Positions 1-10,353 of a DNA stretch of 64,000 nucleotides are shown here, in pieces. Position 1 is the first letter of the stretch. Every line of letters begins with the position of its first letter. The DNA is taken from the NCBI GenBank assembly GCA_043811375.1, contig JBDRNJ010000083.1, positions 1-64,000 of the forward strand. Reading direction: 5' to 3'. The stretch comes from a bacterium. GTDB taxonomy: Bacteria > Zixibacteria > MSB-5A5 > GN15 > FEB-12. The translations under genes were made by a program, and so were the position numbers. Below the pieces are notes generated by a model that was not told the DNA's origin, did no database searches, and saw nothing but the letters and a program-made list of their open reading frames with translations.

Positions 1-141
1 AACATACCAGGACAACCAGAACGGAAAGAAAGATATGACTTGTCAAAAGGAGAAAACGGCATCATGATTACGATGTCAGAACATTAACCTGGCTGGTTTT
101 AACCCGACCCGCAGTGGACGGTTTTAACCCGACCGGTGGCA
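1..141 (+). mobile_element. End of an IS21-family insertion sequence (rest lies outside the window)
   Basis: Two tandem copies of TGGnnGGTTTTAACCCGACC (90-109, 115-134; 25-bp period) end in terminal ...GGTGGCA at 141. Multiple internal repeats and a TG..CA terminus are typical of IS21 ends. Short open frames ending at 67 and 87 could be the istB C-terminus. Confidence 0.65.
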
Positions 142-224
142 ACGTAGAACGTGGCCGGCTTACCGTCACTCTCTCAGACCTTAGTGTACGATAGACAGCA
201 TCCATGTCAAGCTTCATCTCACAC
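142..224 (-). mobile_element. Probable left end of an IS110-family element, interrupted by the IS21
   Basis: Minus strand reads GTGTGAGATGAAGC-TTGACA-N16-TACACT-...GAGAGAGTGACGGTAAGCC..ACGTTCTACG. It contains an inward sigma70 promoter and resembles, from recall only, the non-coding left ends of some IS110 elements. Confidence 0.4.
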
Positions 225-501
225 TGCCGGTTCGCGTTGATTTAGGTAGTGCAACTGACAGATATCGTTACTTGCAGCTTCGCTGATTGCGACAAGCAGG
301 GATACAGGGGGAGAAGACCGGGCCGCCATATCCAATATGGAACCTTAGTCTCCGACACCCGCCTTGTTTTTTGATCGGAAGGCACCCCACCATTCCCCTT
401 TTGATGGGACCCACTCAACGAAGTTGGGTTAAGGAATCGCTTCAATAGATGTCGAACCACACCTTGACGATGATGAATGTTCGCGGATACCATTCGATTC
501 G

Positions 502-981
502 TCACGATCCGCCCTTCAGCTTGTCATCGAGGTAACCGAGGTGGGCCATGATGCTGTTGGCGGCATCCTCGATCTTTTGGGCAACGGACTGTTCCAGACC
601 TTCTAAACGCGCCACCACGGTTTCGCTGGATGCACCGGTCGATGTCCGCGCTTCTTTGAATTCTCGCTCAACCAATTCGTGCAAGGCCGCAATGCGTGAG
701 GATTCAGCCTTCTCGGCCAATTCGCGCTGTTTCTCCAGTTGTCGATTGAGGCGACGCGATTCAACAAGCCATGCTGTCCGCAGGAGTAACGCGTAGACGA
801 CTACCAAAATGACGAGCCCAAGCATTATCCCAAGCAGTATCACACCCATGGGACCTTCGACGGAAAAAGCTACAAACGACAATTCCGTGTTAGCATTTAG
901 TACATTCCAGTTGGCTGCTGTGAATACTACAAGTGTGAACAGAGCCACCGCCATGATCATCAGTACTACTTTCATACTCAT
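502..981 (-). CDS. LapA/DUF1049-like inner-membrane protein
   Basis: Two TM helices around an AANW..LSF motif, followed by a coiled-coil tail. Confidence 0.65.
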   Translation of the reverse strand: MSMKVVLMIMAVALFTLVVFTAANWNVLNANTELSFVAFSVEGPMGVILLGIMLGLVILVVVYALLLRTAWLVESRRLNRQLEKQRELAEKAESSRIAALHELVEREFKEARTSTGASSETVVARLEGLEQSVAQKIEDAANSIMAHLGYLDDKLKGGS

Positions 982-1224
982 TTTCCTTCTTGTTTAACTG
1001 GTGTCTAGTCTACTTGCCCTCTGGTCGATGTTGCAGTTGCCATTGGAATCGGAGCAGCTTGGATGTGGCTTTGGGAAAAAAGGAACTGGTAGGCAGCCCG
1101 TAACCCACAGCAAAATCTGGCCAAAGATGTTCCCGGTCTCAGCACCCTTTGAGCTTTGAAATAAGCTCGCAAGGTGGCATGCACACGTCGCTGATAAAGT
1201 AACCATATTGTGACCGCAGCGATT

Positions 1225-2535
1225 TTAGGTTTTTTCCTTTAGCGACAAAAACAGGATCAGGAATCCGATGACGCCGCTGACTGCAGATCCAATCAGTATA
1301 CCGCTCTTTGCTTCTATCAGAAGCTCTGCATCCAAACTTAGAGAAGCAACGAAGAGTGACATGGTGAACCCGATTCCGGCTAAGCAGCTAGCACCAATTA
1401 CGGCTCTCCAGTTACTTCCTCCAGGTATAATGCCCAGTCCCGTTTTCACGACCAAGAAGAGGCTAAGTACAATGCCTATGGGCTTGCCGACAAGTAGGGC
1501 GATGGCGACAATTGTCGCTATCGGGGAAGTCATCGCACTAAAGGAAAAAGGAACTCCTGCATTGGCTAAGGCGAAGATCGGCATTATCACGAAGGCCGCC
1601 CATGGATGAACATCGGCCTCAAAGCGTTCTAAGGGCGATATTGATTCACGTGTGGTGTATTCAATGTTCTCCATTACATCTCTCGGCTTCACGCTTTCTG
1701 TGCCGGATGATGCCTTTCTGAGCGCTCCTGTGGCCCGATTCAAACCTTCTTGTAGTTTGTCTCTCGAAATCAGTGGAATAGCGGGAGTAAGCAAGCCCAG
1801 AACGACGCCTGAAATTGTGGGATGCACTCCAGATTTCAAAGTGCAAAGCCAGATCCCGGAGCCGACGAGGAGATAGCCGACAACAGTTCGCACGCCCAAT
1901 CTGTTCATGACGACAATGACTGCTATCCCGGCAATTGCTGTGGCCAACCACATCATACTGAGCTGGCTCGAATAGAAAACTGCGATCACAAAGAGCGCTA
2001 TGATGTCATCTACTATCGCAAGAGTGAGCAGGAACACTTTGAGCCCATGAGGAACACGCTTTCCGAGCAGCGCGAGAGCTCCCACTACGAACGCTATATC
2101 TGTGGCCATTGGAATGGCCCAGCCGTGCTGTCCTGGCTGACCGCTAAGGACAAAAAGGTAGATCGCGGCCGGCACTACAGCACCGCCAAAAGCAGCTACA
2201 GCGGGCGAAATGATGCGGCGAACGTCTCGTAACTCCCCTGAGACAATCTCACGTTTGATTTCCAAACCAACCAGGAAGAAAAACACCGTCATCAAACCGT
2301 CATTCACCCAATACCAAAGCGGGTATGAAAGTACCCAATCTCCAACTCCCAAAGTAAGCTTCAGATTCCAGAAGCTCGTATAGAACTCCAGCAGTGGCGT
2401 GTTGGCTACTGCTATAGCTACGGCGGTAGCGACTAGGAGCATAACTCCGCTGGCCGTTTCAACATGAAGAAAGCGTATGAGTGGCTTAGTTATTCTGGTG
2501 ATGGGGCGAAGCTCTGATCGGGTCTCGGAATTCAC
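1225..2535 (-). CDS. nhaA: Na+/H+ antiporter NhaA
   Basis: Motifs WVNDGLM, GLEIKRE, PMATDIAF, LAIVDD, SGVHPT, ALANAG, LAGIGFTMSLF. Confidence 0.97.
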   Translation of the reverse strand: MNSETRSELRPITRITKPLIRFLHVETASGVMLLVATAVAIAVANTPLLEFYTSFWNLKLTLGVGDWVLSYPLWYWVNDGLMTVFFFLVGLEIKREIVSGELRDVRRIISPAVAAFGGAVVPAAIYLFVLSGQPGQHGWAIPMATDIAFVVGALALLGKRVPHGLKVFLLTLAIVDDIIALFVIAVFYSSQLSMMWLATAIAGIAVIVVMNRLGVRTVVGYLLVGSGIWLCTLKSGVHPTISGVVLGLLTPAIPLISRDKLQEGLNRATGALRKASSGTESVKPRDVMENIEYTTRESISPLERFEADVHPWAAFVIMPIFALANAGVPFSFSAMTSPIATIVAIALLVGKPIGIVLSLFLVVKTGLGIIPGGSNWRAVIGASCLAGIGFTMSLFVASLSLDAELLIEAKSGILIGSAVSGVIGFLILFLSLKEKT

Positions 2536-2552
2536 AATGGCATTCCTTTATC

Positions 2553-3446
2553 TCAGTCGCCGGAGGGCAATAGCACCACGAGAATCCACAGGACTATCGC
2601 CAGGCAGACAGAGATGAATTTCGGTATGAGATTCCGCGTCAGCAAAGCCCTCGTCCAACCTACCGCTGTTTTTCTCTCTGTCGATTCGTAGAATTCACGC
2701 AATGTGCCTGATAATTCGACTGGGTTTCCCAGGACGGCAATGTCGCCGGCCTTGGCAACGGCCACCGAGCCTCTCTCCTCAGAGATAATGATGCAGAGGG
2801 CATCAGTGCGTTCTGTAATCCCCAGTCCAGCGGCATGACGTGTTCCGAAGTCTGATATCTTCGTTGTTTCCGCAGACAGGGGAAGGTGGCAGGCGAATCG
2901 CGAGATCTGATCGCCCGAGATTACAATCGCACCATCGTGACCTTGCGAATGGGGATCGAAGATGCTCTTGATTATTGATTCGCTAAGTTGACCATTTAAT
3001 ACTATCCCCCCGGATAACATGGAAGCTACATCATTGGTCCCTTCTATTACGATCAATGCACCGATGCGTTGTCCCGTTAGGTCAGCGATCGTGTCCACCA
3101 GAGTCTGGATTCGCCTTTCAACGGATGAAATAGCACCCTTTTTCCAATTCCCCGGTCTGCCGAACCATCGCTGGTTACCAATTCGCTCGAACAAACGTCT
3201 CATTTCGTCCTGAAAGATAACAATCAAGGCAATAATAATCACGGCAAAGAATGCCTGTAAGATTGTAAGTGTGAGGCGAAGCTCCAACTGGCGAGCCAGA
3301 AGATAAACGACACCGATTGCTGCTAATCCGATCAGCATTCGAGCAGTTCGCGTGCGACTGAACAGGCTATAAACCGCGTATATGAGTGTAGATACTAACG
3401 CGACGTCTAGCGCATCGAGCAGTCTTACCTGGTCAAATAGTCCCAT
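2553..3446 (-). CDS. Membrane diadenylate cyclase (CdaA/DacA-like, DisA_N domain) with an extra C-terminal TM
   Basis: Three N-terminal TMs, IVIFQDEMRR, GALIVIE, HDGA, GTRHAA, ISEERG. Confidence 0.9.
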   Translation of the reverse strand: MGLFDQVRLLDALDVALVSTLIYAVYSLFSRTRTARMLIGLAAIGVVYLLARQLELRLTLTILQAFFAVIIIALIVIFQDEMRRLFERIGNQRWFGRPGNWKKGAISSVERRIQTLVDTIADLTGQRIGALIVIEGTNDVASMLSGGIVLNGQLSESIIKSIFDPHSQGHDGAIVISGDQISRFACHLPLSAETTKISDFGTRHAAGLGITERTDALCIIISEERGSVAVAKAGDIAVLGNPVELSGTLREFYESTERKTAVGWTRALLTRNLIPKFISVCLAIVLWILVVLLPSGD

Positions 3447-3507
3447 AGATCAGTAGTCACTTTCTTTGTCTGAGACTTCAATCTGCACTATAACGTATTA
3501 CAATTTC

Positions 3508-4419
3508 CTAATCTCTTCTAACCGCCGAGCTCGGATCTGTAACAACGTGAATTGGGGCAGCTTGACCTTTCTTGTTTTGACCGGCATAGAGCGTAAGATG
3601 CGGGAATGGAATCTCGATATCCCTTTCATCGAACGCTTTTTTCAGTCGTCGATTAAACTCTCGCGCCACTTTCCACTGCTTGATCGGTTTGGTCTTTGTA
3701 CGCGCCTTTATTATGAGAGCCGAATCCGCGAATTGGTCTAATCCCATTATCTCGATCGGCTCAAGGATCAGTGGGCCGTAATTCTCGTCATTACGTAGCT
3801 CTTCGTCAACCTGTTTGATCACTTCCGCAACCTCATCCACGTCTTCCCGGTAAGCCACACCGATTTCAAATACATACCTGGAGTAATCCTTCGTCATGTT
3901 TGTAACTATGTCTATTTGACCGTTTCGGATATAGTGGACATTCCCCGAAAAATCACGCAGGACGGTCATGCGCAAGTTGACTCTCTCGACAACACCTCCT
4001 TTGCCTGCGGTGGTCACATAGTCGCCCACGCGAATTTCGTCATCGAGCAAGATGAAGAAACCACTGATAATGTCCTGGACCAAATGCTGGGAACCAAATC
4101 CTAATGCCAGTCCGACCACGCCTGCCGCTGCCAGGATTGGACCTATTTCCAGTCCCAATTCTCCGAGTATCATCACGAATGCCGTCAGGCTGATGGCAAC
4201 TAACAGTACATACCTCAGCAAGGAGCCCAGTGTATCCGCCCGTTTCCTAGCCTCCTCCCCAATACCCTTTTTAATAAACACACCGAATACCTTATTCGAT
4301 AGCGCCTTGGAAAGCCGCAGGGCAATCAGCGTTAGAATTACAGTAATGAGAATTCGCAGACCGCTGGCTAATAACCACGAGGTCGCCAACTGGATAATCT
4401 CTTTAGTTTCCATCATCAT
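3508..4419 (-). CDS. MscS-family mechanosensitive channel (YbiO/YkuT-like)
   Basis: AGVVGLALGFGSQ..VQDIISGFFIL...VGD; N-MTKD; EIPFP. Confidence 0.93.
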   Translation of the reverse strand: MMMETKEIIQLATSWLLASGLRILITVILTLIALRLSKALSNKVFGVFIKKGIGEEARKRADTLGSLLRYVLLVAISLTAFVMILGELGLEIGPILAAAGVVGLALGFGSQHLVQDIISGFFILLDDEIRVGDYVTTAGKGGVVERVNLRMTVLRDFSGNVHYIRNGQIDIVTNMTKDYSRYVFEIGVAYREDVDEVAEVIKQVDEELRNDENYGPLILEPIEIMGLDQFADSALIIKARTKTKPIKQWKVAREFNRRLKKAFDERDIEIPFPHLTLYAGQNKKGQAAPIHVVTDPSSAVRRD

Positions 4420-4459
4420 CCTCCGGCATATCAGTTCATTCTATTATTCGTCTGAATCA

Positions 4460-6253
4460 CTAAAATGCCTGTCCCATGCTAAAGAACACTTTTGTACTTG
4501 GTTCGTCTGCCCGTCGATCCGGGTTGATTCCATAATCCAGCCTTAAAATGCCCAGCGGCGAGTTGACTCTGAGTCCGGTTCCCAGATTCACTCGCAGGTC
4601 AGATATCTGTGCCTGCTTCGGTTTTGACCACACATTTCCGCATTCAACAAACACCGCACCTCCAACCATGCGGTAAATAGATCGCCTTAGTTCCAAAAGA
4701 TTCCAGACTAGCTTGAGTTGGCCGCCGAGCGGTTCTCCATTGGCATCCAGAGGGCCGACCATCTGGTATCCGAAACCGCGAAGAGAAGTTGGACCACCCG
4801 TATAAAAACGCTCGCTTAGCGGTATTTCATCGCTATTTCCGAACGACTCCATCCATCCAAACTCTAAGGCAGAGCCGATCACCGCCTGTCGGCCTAGCGG
4901 CAGAAACCTTTTCAGGGTCAGAATTGACTTAGCAAACGTGTTAGACCCCTGGAGAAAACTACCTGCAATTTCGTTAGACCAATTTGCATACCAGCCGACT
5001 GACGGGTCAAAGAGATTGTCACGAGTATCTTGGGATATCACTAGCGTCAGACTGCGAATCCTCGGATCCAACTCTTCTACAGGAGAGGCCAGGTCTATTC
5101 TCGAAAGATTTGTGTTTTCGAGACGATATGAGATAGCCACGCTCGTCCGCAATCCGAGCCTGCGTCCGACGGTTAGTTTTCCTCCGATGACCTCAGCATG
5201 ATAGGCTGGTTCTTGTCGCAGTTGTCCAAACACCGAAAGGTCTGATTTCCATCGCGTGCCAAGGGTCCAGGGTTCCGAGAAAGACATTGAGACACCCTGT
5301 TTGATGAAGTTCGCTTCGACTCCAATCCCCGCCTTACGGGCAGTGCCGGCAAGATTCGATATACTCAACTCCGTTCGCCCCCTGAATTTCTCTACAGTAC
5401 CGTATCCAATGGAAAAAGAGATTTCACCTGACTGCTTTTCCTTAACTTCAACGCGAATCTCCTTTTCCGTTGAATCTCCCGTAGCGGAAGGAGCAGGTCG
5501 AACAAAGACACTTTCAAACAGACCCGTCAGGTACAAACGTCGCTGTGAACCGATCAACTCTGAGTACTTGACTGTATCGCCTTTAGCAAAGCTGGATTCG
5601 CGCAAAATCACGTTGGGTCGGGTCTTATCAGCACCGACGATACCTATGCTCCCAACGCGACTTCTTACACCCTCGTTTAGAACAAAATCGACCAGAGCCA
5701 AATGCGCCGAATCATTCACTTGTACTTTGGGAGTTACCGAGGCTTCCAGAAAACCGTGTTCGGCGTAAAGTGACAGCAGCGCCACTACGGCATCTTCAAT
5801 AACAGGACGACGGAGCGGATCCCCCTTCTTGAGCCTGATATACCTCATCAATACTGAGTCTGCCAAGAAGTGATTGCCGAATACAGTTACACCTTCCACG
5901 TAGGTTCTGGCGCCTTCTTCCAGATGGATGGCTATATCTACATCGTTTTTTAGGCTGTCGGTTAAAATAGGAGTCTCGATAATGCGGACTTGTAAGAACC
6001 CATTCTGTTTGTAAAAGGCGACTAGAGTTTCCAGGTCATCTTGGAATATCTCTGGGTGAAATCGACTCGGTGCAAGAAACCTGGAAGGTCGAGTCAGCAA
6101 AAGACCTTCCAGTCGAGAGTCCTCATACGTAATGTTTCCCGAATAGGTAACCTTTCTAATCTTTGGTTTCTGTGACTTCTCAGCAGGCTGTACTTCGCCA
6201 AACACAAGAATTAGCAACGCTGTAAACACGAGTGTTTTAGTCAAGTTCTTCAT
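4460..6253 (-). CDS. Omp85-family outer-membrane protein (TamA/BamA-like, about 3 POTRA domains)
   Basis: Signal peptide, POTRA repeats, FYTGGPTSLRGF, SPLGILRLDYG, C-terminal GQAF. Confidence 0.92.
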   Translation of the reverse strand: MKNLTKTLVFTALLILVFGEVQPAEKSQKPKIRKVTYSGNITYEDSRLEGLLLTRPSRFLAPSRFHPEIFQDDLETLVAFYKQNGFLQVRIIETPILTDSLKNDVDIAIHLEEGARTYVEGVTVFGNHFLADSVLMRYIRLKKGDPLRRPVIEDAVVALLSLYAEHGFLEASVTPKVQVNDSAHLALVDFVLNEGVRSRVGSIGIVGADKTRPNVILRESSFAKGDTVKYSELIGSQRRLYLTGLFESVFVRPAPSATGDSTEKEIRVEVKEKQSGEISFSIGYGTVEKFRGRTELSISNLAGTARKAGIGVEANFIKQGVSMSFSEPWTLGTRWKSDLSVFGQLRQEPAYHAEVIGGKLTVGRRLGLRTSVAISYRLENTNLSRIDLASPVEELDPRIRSLTLVISQDTRDNLFDPSVGWYANWSNEIAGSFLQGSNTFAKSILTLKRFLPLGRQAVIGSALEFGWMESFGNSDEIPLSERFYTGGPTSLRGFGYQMVGPLDANGEPLGGQLKLVWNLLELRRSIYRMVGGAVFVECGNVWSKPKQAQISDLRVNLGTGLRVNSPLGILRLDYGINPDRRADEPSTKVFFSMGQAF

Positions 6254-9200
6254 TTGAAAGTGACCCCGTATTTGAGGTCAAGTCCGGCACGTCCTTGACG
6301 GTCTGTTTCTCCTTGAAGTGAGAATCGGGATGTCAGGCGATAGCCGAGTCGCACGGCCTGATCGTTAAGATACCCAACAGTGGTAGAGTATGTGAGGTCA
6401 GCTCTTTGAGATAAACGCTTTGATGCAACCAGTTGAGGTCCCCATGTCTCGTTAAACTGAAATAGATTGCCCTGAATCGTAAACTCGTCGAAACCGAAAA
6501 ATGAACCGGCTTTGCGCGATAAGTACCCGGATACTCTTTGGCTCGTCAGTGAGGAAGCGCGGTCTCTTAGCACTCCTGTAAATCCGCCTTTGTCATTGTT
6601 GTCGCCGCCGGCAAGCTCCGTCCGTGTCGCACCCAGTGTCAATAGGGCGACAATATCAGGTTTTTCCAGCGGCGGTTCCGAATATAGACCATACTGCAGT
6701 TGATCCAGCAATCCCTCAGCTTTGATGAATACCGTGTAAGGTTCGGCAGCGGTGCGTCTGTATACCGTCACCTCCGTCCTCGCATCCAGGTTGATATTCG
6801 GGTTAAAGCGAGCCGGATCATTAAAGTAAACGGAGCCTTCATTCACGCGGAATCGCCGGTCGAGGTAAAGCAGGTAACCTTCTTCGACTTGTATCATACC
6901 CGTGAAATTAGGTCGGAGCGGTGTCCCGATTACCCCCAGTTCGGCCCGAAGGCGAATTCGTGCTAAATTGTTGTCAACCCAAAGATCGTCACTCTCACGA
7001 ATACGTACATCGACTCGCGATCTGGCTATTAAATCGGGAAGCTCAAGATCGACAGTTTCCAGTGATTGGACCCATGGTAGGATTGAAGTTGGCCGCAATC
7101 CGGCGGTGAGACGTGCTTCGCCAAGCACAATATCCCCGTCAAGGATGTAATTTCCTTGCCGCTTTCTATAGCTTAGTACGGCGCTATCGACTGCAATTAT
7201 ATATGTTCCTGGCTCCTGCAATGTCATCTTGTTGGCGTGTAGTGTCAGGCCGATGTCTATGAGTTCTCCCTGATCGTGTTCGATAACGCCGGAGGCAGTG
7301 ACCCTGCCGCCGTTCATGGAACACCGGGCAGAATCGAGAATAACCTGGTTTCTATCGAAACGAACATCTGCGTATCCATCGGACACCGTTGTGTAATGCT
7401 TCGGCGCCTGGAATGAAAGAGCGCTGATTCGGAGAGAGCCATCGATTTGTGGTGTGGCAGGTTGGCCGACAATCAGCAAGCGACAGCCCAATCTGCCGGC
7501 GAGAGAGTCAAGCTCGGTTATGAACGGCTGAAACACAGCAAGATTGAAACTATCCGAGAGCAATTGAAGTTGAACGCCCGTGTCCGATACCATCCCGTCG
7601 ATCGCGAGCTTTCCACGCTCACCGACGCTTACGTCTAGATCTACCGACGCCGATTCAAAGGTCTCAGTGGTTAGTAATCCGGATGCTCTGATCGCTATAT
7701 TCGAAACGGTGCCTGTCGCGCTGTCTATGGTGAATGTTGAATCGGCAAACAATATGGATAGCCCAACATTCTCTAATGGTAGTGAACCTTCTTCCAGCAG
7801 GATCGTACCATTCCTGGCAACCAGCCACCCTTCAATTCGGGGTGCTGCAATTGTCCCACTCAGGCTCACGGAACTTGAAACAATGCCCGAAATCTCGCCC
7901 TCGGGCAGTATCAAGCTTTGCAGAAGAGACAGGTCGAAATCGGCGGTACTCAATTCAGCGGTGATCGAGGCGCTATCCCTCATCTCAAACAAACCGTTCG
8001 GAGAAATGCCCAGCTCAAGCCGTCCCGATGCCCGGAGTGTGTGACCCAAGGCATAGGTTATCAAGCTGTCAAGAGTAAGTGCGTCTTGAGCCACTCTCAG
8101 GTGCATCGAAGTAGAGTCGATTTGGTATTCAGAGATTATTACAGACCGGGCGGTGGTACTGAGAACTGCTGTAGGCGTCAGGAAGGGCCCGTCGACAGCT
8201 AGGTCGAATTCGATCTCTCCGTCCGACAAGGTCGTATCCTCCGTGAACATGGCAAGAAGACCCAGCCAGAGTCCCTGTCCATGAACTGTCGCGGACACAT
8301 CAGACGGGGATCTGAATGCAAACTCGCCACTGACCGATCCGAAATTGTCTCTTACTTTCATAGAGTCATGAGCCAACTCGCGACGGCTGTCTGAAGGAAC
8401 CGACTGGGGACGGAGTAGGATATCAAATGATCCTGACGCAGTTGACGTGTCGTATGTGACTGTCAACAAGACATCCGACTCTTCATGACTCGCCACAAGT
8501 TCCGTTATCCCGAATTGAGACCCGTTCAGGGCTGCTTTTATTGAGAGTGAGTCAATGGCATATGAGTGGTACCGCGGTTTATCCAAGTGAGCAAGAAAAT
8601 CACCTGAGAGGCTGTCCAAAGACCCCCGAAGCCGGCACGCGTATGCCACAGATCCAGCTATGGAGTCAAGCCCAAATGGAGGACGCTGAGAATCTATGGA
8701 GTCCAGTTTGCCTTCGCATGCAAAATCGATCACAGTTAAGCTGCTGTCGGCATAAGACAGCTCTGCGAAAATCGAGTCCACTGGGAAATCACGGTAGCTG
8801 ATTCTTGATCCGTTGACGGTGGAACGGAAGACCGGATTTGCGTATGCTCCGTGAATGGTCCCATGTGCCCACAAACCGCCTGATAAATTGGGTTGGTCGA
8901 TAAAGCGTGATAAAGCTGTCATGTCTGGAACAGAGATATTGAAAACACCCTGTAAACTGTCTTCTCCGAATTCAATATCAGCATGTATCTCATCTGCTCC
9001 GTGAATAAGCGACAAACTGGTTTTGCCGGCATTTGATACCACGATGCACTTGAGATCCGGTACGGGTCTGTTTAGGTAACGCAGATTATCACCGGCAACG
9101 AGCGCCTCGACCGTCCATGAAGTCAAATCGTCGCCCTGGCCTTGTGCGTTGATCTTACCATTGAGCGTACCTTGATACGGTGAGGCTTCGCTATAGGTGA

Positions 9201-10305
9201 CTCGCCACAGCGAAGAAAGATCAATCCTGTTAAGAGCTAAGTTCAGGGAGGCTGAGCCAAGAGTATCCAGCATCATTCTGAACTTGCCATCAATGGCACC
9301 TTTTAGAGTTGTTACTTGGAAAGTGTCAACTAGTAAGAGGTCATCATGATACTGCGCAGCCAGCATAGCCGATTGGATCGCCACATCTTGTAAGATCAAG
9401 TCCTGTAGAATGGCATCCAGCCTTATGTTTGGATCGTCGACCGTGCCTTCGATTTGACATTGGGCGCTCATGTGACCGGCTCTGAGGGATGGCAGTTCGA
9501 CAGTAGCTGAAAACGCAGATGCTAGTGTGTCAAGCGAACCGTCCACGGATACTGTAAGAGCTATGTTCATCGAATCGGCAGTACCAAGATCACCGAATGC
9601 TTCCATATGGAGACCTTCGCAATCAGCTTTTGCGTATTCCAAGCGAAACATCTCACTGTTCAGAGATGCTCCTATTTCAAGGGTGTCAAAGTTCAAGGCA
9701 AGGCTATCATAGACGGCTAATATGTTGCCCGCGGTCAAACGTCCTGAAAAGGCGCCATCCCGATTTCCCTGGGCGGAAAGCACTGCCCCGGCAAGCTCGA
9801 CAGACAACGGCACTTGCGGATCGAAGTAGAACAGGCTCATGCGGTTGAGTGACACAGTTTCAATACAAACAATGCCAGTCTTCTCACTGGAGTCTCCGGT
9901 CACCTCTGCCGGGTTGTCAAGCAGTGGAACACCAAAGCGACCCAAGCTATCCAGTGCCATCTCAAGCGCCACACTGTCCACAGAAAGCGTCTCCAGAGTA
10001 ACTATCTTGCCCAGCAGCTGAAAGATTGAATAACCTATGCGTATCTGCCCGACGTAGAGAATAGGCTGATTCTGCGTGTCAGTGGCTGTACTTACCGTTA
10101 GGGTCTCAATCTGTATGCGCGACCAGAGGTTCGTCTCAAACCTCCCAATACTGACGGGCAGACCAATCTCCGCTGTTAGTTGGTTCTCCAGCCACCCTTT
10201 GACAAGATTCTCACCCTGCGAACTCGTTAGCAACCACACAGCCACGAGGACAAGAACCAGCAAAAAGGCAACGCTGATCGACACTATTTTGAGCAACTTC
10301 TTCAT
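6250..10305 (-). CDS. tamB: TamB-like translocation/assembly module protein (DUF490)
   Basis: 1351 aa, N-terminal anchor, beta-rich body, C-terminal SEPPL..DIVALL..G and GLDLKY; overlaps the Omp85 gene. Confidence 0.85.
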   Translation of the reverse strand: MKKLLKIVSISVAFLLVLVLVAVWLLTSSQGENLVKGWLENQLTAEIGLPVSIGRFETNLWSRIQIETLTVSTATDTQNQPILYVGQIRIGYSIFQLLGKIVTLETLSVDSVALEMALDSLGRFGVPLLDNPAEVTGDSSEKTGIVCIETVSLNRMSLFYFDPQVPLSVELAGAVLSAQGNRDGAFSGRLTAGNILAVYDSLALNFDTLEIGASLNSEMFRLEYAKADCEGLHMEAFGDLGTADSMNIALTVSVDGSLDTLASAFSATVELPSLRAGHMSAQCQIEGTVDDPNIRLDAILQDLILQDVAIQSAMLAAQYHDDLLLVDTFQVTTLKGAIDGKFRMMLDTLGSASLNLALNRIDLSSLWRVTYSEASPYQGTLNGKINAQGQGDDLTSWTVEALVAGDNLRYLNRPVPDLKCIVVSNAGKTSLSLIHGADEIHADIEFGEDSLQGVFNISVPDMTALSRFIDQPNLSGGLWAHGTIHGAYANPVFRSTVNGSRISYRDFPVDSIFAELSYADSSLTVIDFACEGKLDSIDSQRPPFGLDSIAGSVAYACRLRGSLDSLSGDFLAHLDKPRYHSYAIDSLSIKAALNGSQFGITELVASHEESDVLLTVTYDTSTASGSFDILLRPQSVPSDSRRELAHDSMKVRDNFGSVSGEFAFRSPSDVSATVHGQGLWLGLLAMFTEDTTLSDGEIEFDLAVDGPFLTPTAVLSTTARSVIISEYQIDSTSMHLRVAQDALTLDSLITYALGHTLRASGRLELGISPNGLFEMRDSASITAELSTADFDLSLLQSLILPEGEISGIVSSSVSLSGTIAAPRIEGWLVARNGTILLEEGSLPLENVGLSILFADSTFTIDSATGTVSNIAIRASGLLTTETFESASVDLDVSVGERGKLAIDGMVSDTGVQLQLLSDSFNLAVFQPFITELDSLAGRLGCRLLIVGQPATPQIDGSLRISALSFQAPKHYTTVSDGYADVRFDRNQVILDSARCSMNGGRVTASGVIEHDQGELIDIGLTLHANKMTLQEPGTYIIAVDSAVLSYRKRQGNYILDGDIVLGEARLTAGLRPTSILPWVQSLETVDLELPDLIARSRVDVRIRESDDLWVDNNLARIRLRAELGVIGTPLRPNFTGMIQVEEGYLLYLDRRFRVNEGSVYFNDPARFNPNINLDARTEVTVYRRTAAEPYTVFIKAEGLLDQLQYGLYSEPPLEKPDIVALLTLGATRTELAGGDNNDKGGFTGVLRDRASSLTSQRVSGYLSRKAGSFFGFDEFTIQGNLFQFNETWGPQLVASKRLSQRADLTYSTTVGYLNDQAVRLGYRLTSRFSLQGETDRQGRAGLDLKYGVTFK

Positions 10306-10353
10306 CAGTCACATAAGCCTATTGCCTTCTTTGGTGGAATAATCGTTATCTGT

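Noticed and set aside
142..224. Group II intron 5' end (GTGTG start, CATGGATGCTGTCTAT resemblance)
   Set aside because: No further domain I, domain V or RT visible. An embedded sigma70 promoter and IS-end context explain it better.
242..505. 87-aa ORF
   Set aside because: No recognisable domain or RBS; composition not protein-like
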